A DNA stretch of 64,000 bases from Sulfolobales archaeon (GCA_038867615.1 JAWBYA010000002.1:224001-288000), one strand, 5' to 3'; shown: positions 44,619-53,550, numbered from the stretch's first letter. Translations and numbers: made by a program. The notes: generated from the letters alone by a model not told the origin.

Positions 44619-45554
44619 TTACTCCCCGCCAAAGATTCTCTCGAGGATCTTTTCTGGATCGTATTGCTCAAGATCATCGTAACCCTGACCAACACCAACA
44701 AATACTATCGGCTTTCCTATCGATGCTATTATACTTATAGCAGAGCCCCCGGTGGCGTTGGCATCTAGCTTTGTTAGTATCGCTGCATCAACACCCACGT
44801 ATTTATCAAACTCCCTAGCCTGGTTAACCGCATCGTTTCCCGTGAGAGAATCTAATACAAGGATCTTTAGGTCTGGCTTCGAGACCCTCACGATCTTCTT
44901 GATCTCCTCCATGAGATCCCTATCAGTATGCTGCCTCCCAGCAGTATCTATGAGAACCACATCATAGCCCTGTTTCTCAGCATGCCTCACAGCATCGTAG
45001 ACAACTGCACCGGGGTCTGAGCCATATTTAGCCCTGAAGAAGGGAACACCTAGCCTGGAGCAGTGGATTGCAAGCTGCTCCTGAGCCCCAGCCCTGAAGG
45101 TATCACCAGCCACTACCAATACCTTTAAACCATGTTTTGTGAAGAACCTAGCCACCTTAGCTATGGTTGTGGTTTTCCCAACGCCATTCACGCCCATGAA
45201 TACCAGTTTCAGGGGTTTCCTCTCAGCTGCTAGTTTCACGAGATCTCCCTTCCACACACCCCTCAATAGTATTTCTTTTATAGCCTCTCTCAGCTTATCC
45301 TCAACAACAGCGTCTAGATCCTCAAACCTGCTTATCCTAACACCATCCAGCCTTTTAGCAACACCTATCACTATCTCTTCTGCAACCTCGTATGCTATGT
45401 CAGCCTCTACGAGTCTCAACACAAGCTCGTCGGATCTCTTAGCTACATCGTCGTATCTAATCTCTCTCGAAGCTATTGCTCCCAGCGCTTCAGAAATACC
45501 TTTAGATATAGCGGATCTAATAGATCCGAAAACGTTTTTTAAAGCCTTGAACAA
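44619..45554 (-). CDS. ftsY: Signal recognition particle receptor
   Basis: GVNGVGKTTTIAK, DTFRAGA, DTAGR, TKLD, GVGQGY. Confidence 0.97.
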   Translation of the reverse strand: MFKALKNVFGSIRSAISKGISEALGAIASREIRYDDVAKRSDELVLRLVEADIAYEVAEEIVIGVAKRLDGVRISRFEDLDAVVEDKLREAIKEILLRGVWKGDLVKLAAERKPLKLVFMGVNGVGKTTTIAKVARFFTKHGLKVLVVAGDTFRAGAQEQLAIHCSRLGVPFFRAKYGSDPGAVVYDAVRHAEKQGYDVVLIDTAGRQHTDRDLMEEIKKIVRVSKPDLKILVLDSLTGNDAVNQAREFDKYVGVDAAILTKLDANATGGSAISIIASIGKPIVFVGVGQGYDDLEQYDPEKILERIFGGE

Positions 45555-45555
45555 A

Positions 45556-46044
45556 CTAACCGCTCCCGGGCTGCTCTCTCCTCTGCTCAGCAGCCCTCTT
45601 CTCAGCCTCCTCTATGAGCTGGCTCAATGTTGCTCTGAGCTTCTCGTATAAAGCGTATGCTGACGAGATCTCCTGGTTGATGGCGTTGAGAGTGTTTCTA
45701 AGATCCCCCTCCTTTGCAGTCACGATCTTTATAGCCTCTTCTATGGGAAGCTCCATGAGGAAATCGCCTCCAATGCTTGCAACAACCCTATCCTTACCCG
45801 TTATTATACCCCTGGCCATAACATGCCCCCTTCTATCCAGTGCTAGCAAGGCTTCCTCACCCTTGTATTGTTTTAGCTGTTCGAGCGCCTCCCTAGCTAT
45901 CCTCAGTTCTTCAAGCTCTGCTAGCACTATGTTTGCATTCTGCTGGAGAGATCTTATATACTCCTCGATCCTGTTTATATCGCTTACAAGCCTCTCAACA
46001 GCCTCTCTATAGGTTATCCTCGGCCCCTGAGCCCTACTTGACAA
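45556..46044 (-). CDS. pfdA: Prefoldin alpha subunit
   Basis: Coiled coils flanking the VVASIGGDFLME hairpin; conserved position before ftsY. Confidence 0.88.
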   Translation of the reverse strand: MSSRAQGPRITYREAVERLVSDINRIEEYIRSLQQNANIVLAELEELRIAREALEQLKQYKGEEALLALDRRGHVMARGIITGKDRVVASIGGDFLMELPIEEAIKIVTAKEGDLRNTLNAINQEISSAYALYEKLRATLSQLIEEAEKRAAEQRREQPGSG

Positions 46045-46300
46045 TCTCCCACCCTTCTATCCTCGACAGATCCCTTATGAAGCTATTCCTAGCCTCCTCT
46101 GGGGTTATCTCCTCAACACTCATGATCTTTATATTAGCCCTCTTAATCCCATGCCTGCTACCCATAACAGAGTATACATACTCGATCGCGTGTTCCTTTT
46201 TAATGGCTCTCACTTCTAGCGAGAACTTCCTCCACTCGGGATACTTATCACTGCTGAAGAGCGCGAGCCCCTGGATCCTGTAGATCTTCACCTCGCTCAT
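46034..46300 (-). CDS. rpl18a: 50S ribosomal protein eL20 (L18ae/LX)
   Basis: KIYRIQG...EYVYSVMGSRHGIKRANIKI. Confidence 0.93.
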   Translation of the reverse strand: MSEVKIYRIQGLALFSSDKYPEWRKFSLEVRAIKKEHAIEYVYSVMGSRHGIKRANIKIMSVEEITPEEARNSFIRDLSRIEGWEIVK

Positions 46301-46983
46301 CCAGTCTCCCCACCAAGTATTCTACTTATCCTTAATATTTCAGGGCCAGTTGTTCTCGAACCAACTATAACACCATAATCATTAGCCACAATACCTGATT
46401 TAACAAAGAAAACACCGAAGTTGACGGAGGAAACATCCACGGCCACTTTGAATAGATCTGATAGGTATCTAAGCTCTTCCTCTTTAGCATCTGGATGTAT
46501 AACCCCGCCCCTGTTAGTCATAACAGCCGCAGAGCCTACTGTCATAAGCCCCGCGATTGTGCCCCTCACAACGACCTCAACCTCTAGGGTTTCTTTCACA
46601 AGTCTTGCCACCTCATCATCCAAATCCCTATGGATCATTGCTGCCCTCGAGTTGGCCACAACAATATTGCCAAGAGCATTTGGGGGAGCCTTTATAATAG
46701 CTATGTTCCCGCTAAAGCCCTCCCTAATAGCTCTAAGCTCCTCATCCCTTATAGTCCTCGGAACCAGGATCCCTTTGTCATTCCCAGCCACCATCACTCC
46801 AGGAAGCATTGTATCCCCAACCTTTGTTTTAACAACCCTCTTCACCCTCAGAACCCTTAGCAACATCTCCTCAAATCCCTGATCAACAAGGGGGGGTGCT
46901 ATTGCAAGCTCGTTGTTTGCGAAAACATAGACGCCTATGTTAGGGTTACCCATTATGTCGGCCTTCTCAACCGCTATAGCCAT
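46297..46983 (-). CDS. eif6: Ribosome anti-association factor aIF6
   Basis: GNPNIGVY, ALGNIVVAN, TTGPEI. Confidence 0.95.
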   Translation of the reverse strand: MAIAVEKADIMGNPNIGVYVFANNELAIAPPLVDQGFEEMLLRVLRVKRVVKTKVGDTMLPGVMVAGNDKGILVPRTIRDEELRAIREGFSGNIAIIKAPPNALGNIVVANSRAAMIHRDLDDEVARLVKETLEVEVVVRGTIAGLMTVGSAAVMTNRGGVIHPDAKEEELRYLSDLFKVAVDVSSVNFGVFFVKSGIVANDYGVIVGSRTTGPEILRISRILGGETG

Positions 46984-47004
46984 CCCTACTCCCTGGTGCT
47001 TGGG

Positions 47005-47289
47005 CTATTTTGAGGATCTCTTAACCGGTACTGCTAGCAATACCTTGTAGATCTTCTCATCGATCTTTATAATCTTTACAGCAACCCTCCTGGGGGGTTT
47101 CTCGATCTTGTAGCTAAATATGTGTTCATTAACCATGTTATCCACAATAACCCTTTCGGCTCCGAAGTGCCTCTTAACAAACTCCCTTATGAGTCTAATA
47201 GCCCTCTTGCCCCTTGTCCTTCTACTCCCTCCCCAGTATACCCTGCTGAGGGGTATGACATAGACCGCCTCATCCTTCTCCTTCACCAT
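47005..47289 (-). CDS. rpl31e: 50S ribosomal protein eL31
   Basis: YVIPL...RAIRLIREFVKRH...KPPRRV. Confidence 0.95.
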   Translation of the reverse strand: MVKEKDEAVYVIPLSRVYWGGSRRTRGKRAIRLIREFVKRHFGAERVIVDNMVNEHIFSYKIEKPPRRVAVKIIKIDEKIYKVLLAVPVKRSSK

Positions 47290-47298
47290 CTACACCAC

Positions 47299-47457
47299 CT
47301 ACACATCCTTCAGCTTGCTCCTCCTCCAATGCCTAAGCCTAGGTCTATATCTTATCTTCCTCATAGTCTTGGCTATAACCCATACTGGTATGGGAGAGTT
47401 GCTCTTCTCCCTATTTATCAGCCTGAGCTTCTTTGCAAGAGGCTTTGTCCTCGCCAT
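47299..47457 (-). CDS. rpl39e: 50S ribosomal protein eL39
   Basis: 52-aa ORF absent from the track: [13 protein letters not shown]...[13 protein letters not shown]...RHWRRSKLK. Confidence 0.96.
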   Translation of the reverse strand: MARTKPLAKKLRLINREKSNSPIPVWVIAKTMRKIRYRPRLRHWRRSKLKDV

Positions 47458-47458
47458 A

Positions 47459-47830
47459 TCACCACCCCTTCTCCTTAATATTTATCTTAATATCTCTCCT
47501 CGTCCTCTCAAATAGGTTTTGGAGGATTGTCTTTAGCTCATCATCAGAGATCGGGATCTTTATCCTACCGCTCTGTGCAAGCGCTATCAACTGATCCTCT
47601 ATGGATTTTACAAGCTCTGGCTTAACAAGCCTGAGGTTGGCAAGCCTCTCCCTAGCCTCGTATGTCAGGATCCTCCTCAGAAGCTCTTGCCTCAGAGCCT
47701 CCTCAGCAGCCTCCCTCTCCTTCCTAACCCTCTCCTGCTCAGCCCTCCTAGCAAGCTCAGCCATCTTCCTCCTCTTTATAAGCTCGAGCTCCTCATCGGA
47801 GATCTCGTACTCACCGCCCTCTATACTCAT
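47459..47830 (-). CDS. PDCD5-like DNA-binding protein
   Basis: [19 protein letters not shown]...[10 protein letters not shown]. Confidence 0.93.
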   Translation of the reverse strand: MSIEGGEYEISDEELELIKRRKMAELARRAEQERVRKEREAAEEALRQELLRRILTYEARERLANLRLVKPELVKSIEDQLIALAQSGRIKIPISDDELKTILQNLFERTRRDIKINIKEKGW

Positions 47831-47835
47831 ACCAC

Positions 47836-48315
47836 TTACCCCCTTAGCGCTCTAGGCCTGTATTTAATAAGCTCAGGATGCTTATTAACAGCCTCTCTGA
47901 ATACCTCGAGTGCTACCGAATCGAGATAGGACCTACCCTTCGAAGTAAGGATCCTTCCCCTCCTGGTTCTTGCAACAAACCCTGCCCTCTCAAGCTGCTG
48001 CAGGATCTTCCTTATAATAGAGCCGCTAGCCCTTCTAAAATGAGGAGGCGCAACTCCTCTCCTCTTTCTCCCACCATATATTATTCTGAACCTCTCAATA
48101 CCGATCGGCTCTCCCGCTATATATAGCTTTCTAAGTATAGATGCCGCTCTATAGTACCACCACTCATTATTCTCAGGCGGCCTCTCCTTAGAAACCCCTG
48201 TCTTTACATATAAAGCCCAAGGAGGCTGGTGGATTGTTTCCCCGAAATCCTCTCTCAGCTTCTCAGCAAGCCTCTCTATGAAAAGATCCGCCGGAACCTC
48301 TCTAACACTAACCAC
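47836..48315 (-). CDS. rps19e: 30S ribosomal protein eS19
   Basis: VKTGVSKERPP, WWYYRAASILRK, YGGRKRRG. Confidence 0.97.
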   Translation of the reverse strand: MVSVREVPADLFIERLAEKLREDFGETIHQPPWALYVKTGVSKERPPENNEWWYYRAASILRKLYIAGEPIGIERFRIIYGGRKRRGVAPPHFRRASGSIIRKILQQLERAGFVARTRRGRILTSKGRSYLDSVALEVFREAVNKHPELIKYRPRALRG

Positions 48316-48583
48316 TACGCCGACCCAATTTCTTAAAGCACCAGTGCTTAAAACAATTGATTAACGCATCAGGACATCTGCTCCCTGTGTTGTTACCGTT
48401 TTTGATATCTGTTATATTAAAAGCTTCTAAACCCACATGGAGATATGGCCAGGCCGAGCTAGGTTAGCAAATTACAGCACCAGGATTCTAGGCTAAACCT
48501 GTAAGTCCTAGATCTTTCCTAGAAATGTGATCAAGAAAGCAGTCCCGCATGGTTTGCGACACTTATGTTTTTAGGCTATAACA

Positions 48584-48640
48584 GATCAGCCAGGGGTTCA
48601 CTCGTCACCACTCGGCTCTCGGCAAACTCTTCATCCTAAC
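48584..48640 (-). ncRNA. Candidate C/D-box sRNA
   Basis: AGGATGA(C)-AGAGTTTGCCGAGAG-CCGA(D')-GTG-GTGACGA(C')-GTGAACCCCTGG-CTGA(D); intergenic, AT-rich promoter-like sequence upstream. Confidence 0.7.
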
Positions 48641-48680
48641 TTATAATATTCCTCGAGAATAATATATCAAGGATATAGTA

Positions 48681-48929
48681 TTGAGCCTCCAGGGACTCGT
48701 TATAGGAAGCCTCCTCATATTCTTGGGATTGATCCTGGTGTTTATAGCTATAGCCATAGCTATTCCAGGATCGATGACGAAGGGCTTCGGAATAATAATC
48801 ATAGGGCCAATACCACTTATACTAAGCGATGGCATTAGCACTATCCTAATCATCTCTGCATTGTTGATAGCTGTATTAGTCATAGTCCTCTTACTATGGC
48901 TGAGAGGATATACTATGGCTAGGCAGTAA
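48681..48929 (+). CDS. DUF131-like small membrane protein
   Basis: TM helices with GFGIIIIGPIPLI motif. Confidence 0.75.
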   Translation: MSLQGLVIGSLLIFLGLILVFIAIAIAIPGSMTKGFGIIIIGPIPLILSDGISTILIISALLIAVLVIVLLLWLRGYTMARQ

Positions 48930-48979
48930 CCAGGCTCTTCTACACAGGATCCTCTACTTGCTAAAAATCGCTCTGTAGA

Positions 48980-49126
48980 CTAGGATGCTGGTGCTCCTAT
49001 CATATACAGGATCTCTAATTCGAGCTTTAGAATATCCTCTTGGCTTATAACGGTATCCCTTGCCTCAGATACTCTTCTATCCTGGGCAAGCTTTCTCTTC
49101 TTTGAACGATTCTTAAAATACCCCAC
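48980..49126 (-). CDS. Small hypothetical protein (48 aa)
   Basis: GTG start; MGYFKNRSKKRKLAQDRRV...ILKLELEILYMIGAPAS. Confidence 0.35.
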   Translation of the reverse strand: MGYFKNRSKKRKLAQDRRVSEARDTVISQEDILKLELEILYMIGAPAS

Positions 49127-49200
49127 ACCAATTTTCTTTAACCTGTACATCTGTCATCCCAAATAGATCTAGTTCCTATGAGTAATATAAAGGCTTGCAC

Positions 49201-49437
49201 TTATTCACTTCGACAACTGTCTAAAGCATTCTGGATGCATTCATACGCACTTTCTATCTTTGAGAACCTCTCTAGAAGCTGCCTCACGACATCTATACAT
49301 CTAAGCCTGTTGATAGCCATATACCTTATTATAGAGAGAAGATACGCCCTACCCTCTGATGTTAAAACCCCCCTCTTATCCAGGTAATCCCGCGTCTCAG
49401 CGATGATAGATAGATCTCTGAGTAGCTTCTCATACAA
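49201..49437 (-). CDS. Hypothetical helical protein (about 78 aa)
   Basis: TTG start chosen because the longer track ORF overlaps the tRNA half. Confidence 0.5.
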   Translation of the reverse strand: MYEKLLRDLSIIAETRDYLDKRGVLTSEGRAYLLSIIRYMAINRLRCIDVVRQLLERFSKIESAYECIQNALDSCRSE

Positions 49438-49497
49438 AACACACAGATCCCTCTCTCCCCGATCCCTGTGAAACCCTTGCCCCCAGCTAGTTAAACC

Positions 49498-49503
49498 TTT
49501 AAA
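49498..49503 (+). promoter_or_regulatory. TATA box of the tRNA-Gln 5'-half transcript
   Basis: TTTAAA ending 24 nt upstream of tRNA nucleotide 1 (49527). Confidence 0.65.
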
Positions 49504-49526
49504 TCCTGATAAAGAATTATTATTGA

Positions 49527-49564
49527 AGCCGGGTCGTCTAGCGGCCAAGGATGCGGGGCTCTGG
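49527..49564 (+). tRNA. 5' half (positions 1-37) of tRNA-Gln(CUG); candidate split tRNA
   Basis: AGCCGGG TC GTCT AGCGGCCAA GGAT G CGGGG CT CTG G, followed by trailer CCCTCCGCGCCGCCCCC; no T-arm or acceptor 3' strand downstream. Confidence 0.85.
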
Positions 49565-49580
49565 CCCTCCGCGCCGCCCC

Positions 49581-49632
49581 CTGATGAGAAGAGGGTCTTC
49601 TGATCATGTGATGTGTGCTGGAACTCCTGATC
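49581..49632 (+). ncRNA. C/D-box sRNA directly 3' of the tRNA-Gln half
   Basis: CTGATGA(C)-GAAGAGGGTCTT-CTGA(D')-TCAT-GTGATGT(C')-GTGCTGGAACTC-CTGA(D); two 12-nt guides. Confidence 0.85.
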
Positions 49633-49653
49633 CGGTTTATAGAAGATCCCTAA

Positions 49654-50292
49654 CTACCTATAACCGATCCTCTCGAGCATGCTCGATATAGCCCCCAAAG
49701 ACCTTTCAGCATATAGGCATGAGGGATCCTTATCACCGCATCCCCTCGATAGATGCTCCCTCAACACCCTCAGCTCCTCGAGAAGCGATTCCAAGTACCA
49801 CTTATTGCCAACATACCCCTCCCCCACGAGCTTCGGGCTACCCTCTGCAAAACCTTCTGGGTAGTACATGTCCCTAACTAGGTAGTAGCCGCTCACTATC
49901 ATGAGAGATCCTAGCCTTGTAGCCCCGGGATGGATCCCTCTGCTTAGTAGTGAGACAGTTTCATGATCCCTTACATATGGGATCATAACCCTCAGACCCT
50001 CACCAAAGATCCCCAGCAAATGCGGGAGGATCTCTCCTAAGGCGTTATAGAAATTCTCTGAGAGATCTGTTTCGTTAAACTCGACCCATGGTCTGTAGTT
50101 CTCCCTGCCAGTAAATACTACAAACCCTATCTCAAGACCCTTGATCCTGGATGTAACCTTATAAGCACCCCTGATCCTCCAACCCCTGCACTCAATGATC
50201 GTTGTTCCAGGGATTCTCCCAAGTTCCTGGCATATGCCTGCCTGGCCCACACGTAACCCTAGCAATATATATATCCTCGCAGGATTTAACAT
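49654..50292 (-). CDS. DUF1122-family protein
   Basis: FTGRENYRPWVE, DHET, ATRLG, RDMYYPEGFAEGSPKL. Confidence 0.8.
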   Translation of the reverse strand: MLNPARIYILLGLRVGQAGICQELGRIPGTTIIECRGWRIRGAYKVTSRIKGLEIGFVVFTGRENYRPWVEFNETDLSENFYNALGEILPHLLGIFGEGLRVMIPYVRDHETVSLLSRGIHPGATRLGSLMIVSGYYLVRDMYYPEGFAEGSPKLVGEGYVGNKWYLESLLEELRVLREHLSRGCGDKDPSCLYAERSLGAISSMLERIGYR

Positions 50293-50361
50293 GGTAAGCC
50301 TACATGGATCTTTGATCCGCTGTCAACCATGATTCTATACGATCTAGTCTTGGTTAAGTGG

Positions 50362-51267
50362 TTAGAGAAATACTAGCCTGTCTATAAGCATCAATATAAA
50401 TATGATTGAGAGGTAGGGGCTGAGGATCTTGAATGTCTTGTAAGCCTCTATCCTATCGATCTTCTCCAGGTGTCTCCTCATGACCATTAGCAGCTTTATC
50501 GATAGTGCAGCACCTATTATTAGCGTTAGCCATGATCTATTGCCCGTGAGCACAAAATAGGCTATAATGAGGATCAGCATGAGGATCACGTGGATTATAG
50601 AACCCATAACACCAGCCCTAACACCCTTGACTATAGGCAGCATAGGTACCCCGGCCTTCTTATAATCGTCATAGTTATAGATAACTATATACCATATATG
50701 GGCGTTACTCCAAAGCGCGACAAGCGTTAAAAGGATAAAGGCTTCCGGCGATGGATAGCCTGTATACGCCATATATCCTCCAAAGGCCGGCATGCCCCCT
50801 GCAAAGCCCCCATAGATCACGCTCGTCCAGCTTCTCCTCTTAGTCAGCACCGTATATATACCTATATCTATCAAGAACCCAAGAATACCTGCTATGAAGA
50901 CCCACATATTTATCATATAGCTGATCGCAAGGCCTGGGATTAGGAACGCCATTGAAAGGATCGCTGCAACCCACTTCGAGATCATACCCCTGGGTATCAC
51001 TCTGCGCTTAGTCCTGGCCATAATGCTATCTATATCAGAGTCAAGAACCATGTTAATGCCCGTGGTTCCGAAGATCGTTAGCGATAGTGCGACTAACAGC
51101 TTAATGAGGGTAAGCAGATCTACCGAGGCTCCGGAAGCTATTAGATAGCCAAACAGTCCTGTGAATATTAGGAGCATGCTCTGCCTTATCTTGAAAAGAT
51201 CCGTTACAATGATCGCAGCGTCACGGCTCTTGGAAAGAAGTACCCCGCTAACCCTCACAAATATCAC
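50362..51267 (-). CDS. ctaB: Protoheme IX farnesyltransferase (heme O synthase)
   Basis: NMVLDSDIDSIMARTKRR, DDYKKAGVPMLP. Confidence 0.93.
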   Translation of the reverse strand: MIFVRVSGVLLSKSRDAAIIVTDLFKIRQSMLLIFTGLFGYLIASGASVDLLTLIKLLVALSLTIFGTTGINMVLDSDIDSIMARTKRRVIPRGMISKWVAAILSMAFLIPGLAISYMINMWVFIAGILGFLIDIGIYTVLTKRRSWTSVIYGGFAGGMPAFGGYMAYTGYPSPEAFILLTLVALWSNAHIWYIVIYNYDDYKKAGVPMLPIVKGVRAGVMGSIIHVILMLILIIAYFVLTGNRSWLTLIIGAALSIKLLMVMRRHLEKIDRIEAYKTFKILSPYLSIIFILMLIDRLVFL

Positions 51268-51288
51268 AAGAATAATAACTGTTCGAAG

Positions 51289-52008
51289 CTATATAAGCGG
51301 GGGTTCTAACGTGGTTGGGAGGTCTGGGTTTGAGAGCACCACGGATCTACCATCTATATAGATCTTTATAGCCTTTATCAACACACCAGCCTCCAAGGCT
51401 CTCTTGAGAAGCCCTGGTAATATGGGGTCGATACTGCTAGGGCCAAAGATCTCTGCCTCTGGATGGCCTGCTATGAATACCAGGTATCTCTCATAACCAC
51501 TGCTATTTATAAGAGCCTCTATATGCCTCCTACCCCTAAGACTTATGGTATCAGGATACCTAGCACTCCTATCGCTTGGATGATAATAGACAGCACTCTT
51601 AAGCTCAACAAGGGCTTCTCTACCGCTGTGGGGAGATCTTAGTAGGAAGTCTATCTTAAGACCCCCTAGATCTAGATCCCTCCTAACAACCCTATAGCCA
51701 GCCAGCCATGGTATATAACCCCCCTCAACACTAAGAATAAAAACCCTCTCCTGCAGCTTCGTATCTATCAAAGTCCACCTATCCCCATCAACCTTTGTCC
51801 CAACAACCCTGAGAGGCGTTCTCGGCGAATCGATCTCGATACAGAGAACCTCAGCCCCTGGGAATAACAGATCCAGAAGCCTTCCAGTATTGTTTATATG
51901 AACCCTCGTATCCCTACCACCACATCTAGCAAGCCCAACAAACCTATTCTCCCTCCTAATAAAAACACACTCCGCCACACCAGCTATGCTCAGGATCCTC
52001 AGAGGCAT
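51289..52008 (-). CDS. sfsA: DNA/RNA nuclease SfsA
   Basis: RRENRF, HINNTGRL, IDF...VELKS, YPDTISLRGRRH; probable ATG at 52008. Confidence 0.9.
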   Translation of the reverse strand: MPLRILSIAGVAECVFIRRENRFVGLARCGGRDTRVHINNTGRLLDLLFPGAEVLCIEIDSPRTPLRVVGTKVDGDRWTLIDTKLQERVFILSVEGGYIPWLAGYRVVRRDLDLGGLKIDFLLRSPHSGREALVELKSAVYYHPSDRSARYPDTISLRGRRHIEALINSSGYERYLVFIAGHPEAEIFGPSSIDPILPGLLKRALEAGVLIKAIKIYIDGRSVVLSNPDLPTTLEPPLI

Positions 52009-52205
52009 CCCTATCAATAAGCTGTTTCCCTCACCAGTATTTAGAGCTATTGGGAGAACTAACTTAGCACAAAACGATGCAAGAGAACATCCGGGGAAGC
52101 GTTTCTCCATGTATTAGGAACCTGGTGGTTTTAAAGAAACAGGGTCTGCTTAAACATGAATAATCCCTGCTAGTATAGAGGACTATTGAGCCTGGGATCT
52201 AGGAT

Positions 52206-52940
52206 CTATGTTCTCGAGATCTTTACCCTGTTGCCGGTGATCTCAACCCTTATTCTGGTTACACTCTTTACAGCTGGTATTGCTACATTGAATATTGGGA
52301 TGCCCCCAACCTCTGATTGGTGGACTATCGATGCATGGGCGTGTCCGTGGATCACTAGATCGGGTTTTGCACCAAGTATGACGTTCTCATAACCTCTGTG
52401 ACAGAGGTATGGGTAGGTGTTCTCAGGCTCTCCTTTGAGTGTCTTTGTTGTTGGTGCGTAGTGCATTAGGAGTATGAGGATCTCGCAGTCTGTCCTAAGC
52501 TTTAAAAGAGCCTCCATGGTGTTCTTAACCCTCTTTTCAAAGATCTCTGCTAGCTGGGGTAGGTTTCTCTTCTGCCAGCTTGTCAGCCTCTCCAAAGATC
52601 CCCTGGTTCCGTATACGCAGAGCTTTACACCATTAATGCTGTTCATCCAGGCCTCGTCATCGAGCCAGACTATATCGTTATACATACTCCTAAGCACCTG
52701 GATCTTCTCCATATATTCCTCATTACCAAACACAGAGACCATGGGAACTCCTGGGAATCTCGATGATAGGAAATCCCTCAAAGGCTTCATAGAGCCCACA
52801 TCGCCCTTATCGATCATATCGCCCCCCATGAGGATAATGTTTGGTTTATAGTTGAGCATAGACTTTACAGATGATATGAGCAGCGGGAGGAATCTTGGTG
52901 AGTGAACATCGCTCACAGCCATAATCTCTATAGCTGTCAA
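52206..52940 (-). CDS. Calcineurin-like metallophosphoesterase
   Basis: SDVH, GGD, FGNEE, MHY, HGHAH. Confidence 0.9.
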   Translation of the reverse strand: MTAIEIMAVSDVHSPRFLPLLISSVKSMLNYKPNIILMGGDMIDKGDVGSMKPLRDFLSSRFPGVPMVSVFGNEEYMEKIQVLRSMYNDIVWLDDEAWMNSINGVKLCVYGTRGSLERLTSWQKRNLPQLAEIFEKRVKNTMEALLKLRTDCEILILLMHYAPTTKTLKGEPENTYPYLCHRGYENVILGAKPDLVIHGHAHASIVHQSEVGGIPIFNVAIPAVKSVTRIRVEITGNRVKISRT

Positions 52941-52983
52941 CCGGACCCCGAGTCTATCTAGTTATAGAACAAGATATTTGAAG

Positions 52984-53132
52984 AGCTCGGGCTTCATAGA
53001 GGTTAACATTGTTTGACGCTATCTACCCAGCCCTTGACTTCTGTCAAAGCAGCCCAACCCACGATCCTTCTATATCAATATGTAGGGGAAACCCTGCACT
53101 CCGGCTTTCTACCCAGCCTGCTTGGGTCTTTA
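52984..53132 (-). mobile_element. tnpB-3'-end/omegaRNA-like element, copy B (more degenerate)
   Basis: TAAAGACCCAAG, GGGTTTCCCC and ATGAAGCCCGA shared with copy A; GTGGGTTGGG shared with copy C; reads AGFPLHIDIEGSWVG. Confidence 0.55.
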
Positions 53133-53333
53133 CATATATTTATATTGTTGATGGATTAGCTGTAAAGCATATCAAGATCTTATTTATAGGCAGGTCTAGG
53201 AGGATCTAGCAGATAGCCTCTATGATCATTTATAAATATTAGTGAAAAACGAAACAGCCTGCCATGGCTTGTGTAGCAGCTTATAAGGATAGAAGTGCTT
53301 CTCATAATGGGTGGTTAGAGAATTCCGTTCTCA

Positions 53334-53540
53334 ATGATCGGGGTCAATGCTAAGGGGCATGGTGGTTGGAGAACCTATAGATGTTCTATATGTGCTACAA
53401 CCCTCCTGGTTGGGGATGCAACGATCTATTTCTGCCCTCGATGCTCTCAGACCAGGCATGCTAGGTTCTGCAGTGCTTGTGCTAGGAGAACACATCATAG
53501 GTGCCCCTACTGTGGAACAGATCTCAGGATCTATATCTAG
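53334..53540 (+). CDS. Small Cys-rich zinc-finger protein (four CxxC)
   Basis: CSIC, CPRC, CSAC, CPYC in 68 aa. Confidence 0.75.
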   Translation: MIGVNAKGHGGWRTYRCSICATTLLVGDATIYFCPRCSQTRHARFCSACARRTHHRCPYCGTDLRIYI

Positions 53541-53550
53541 CACACCCTCT

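Noticed and set aside
49624-49650. CTCCTGATCCGGTTT...ATCCC as a degenerate cis 3' exon of tRNA-Gln
   Set aside because: No T-loop consensus, no CCCGGCT acceptor strand, no complement to the GC trailer; the sequence is explained by box D and a T-rich end.
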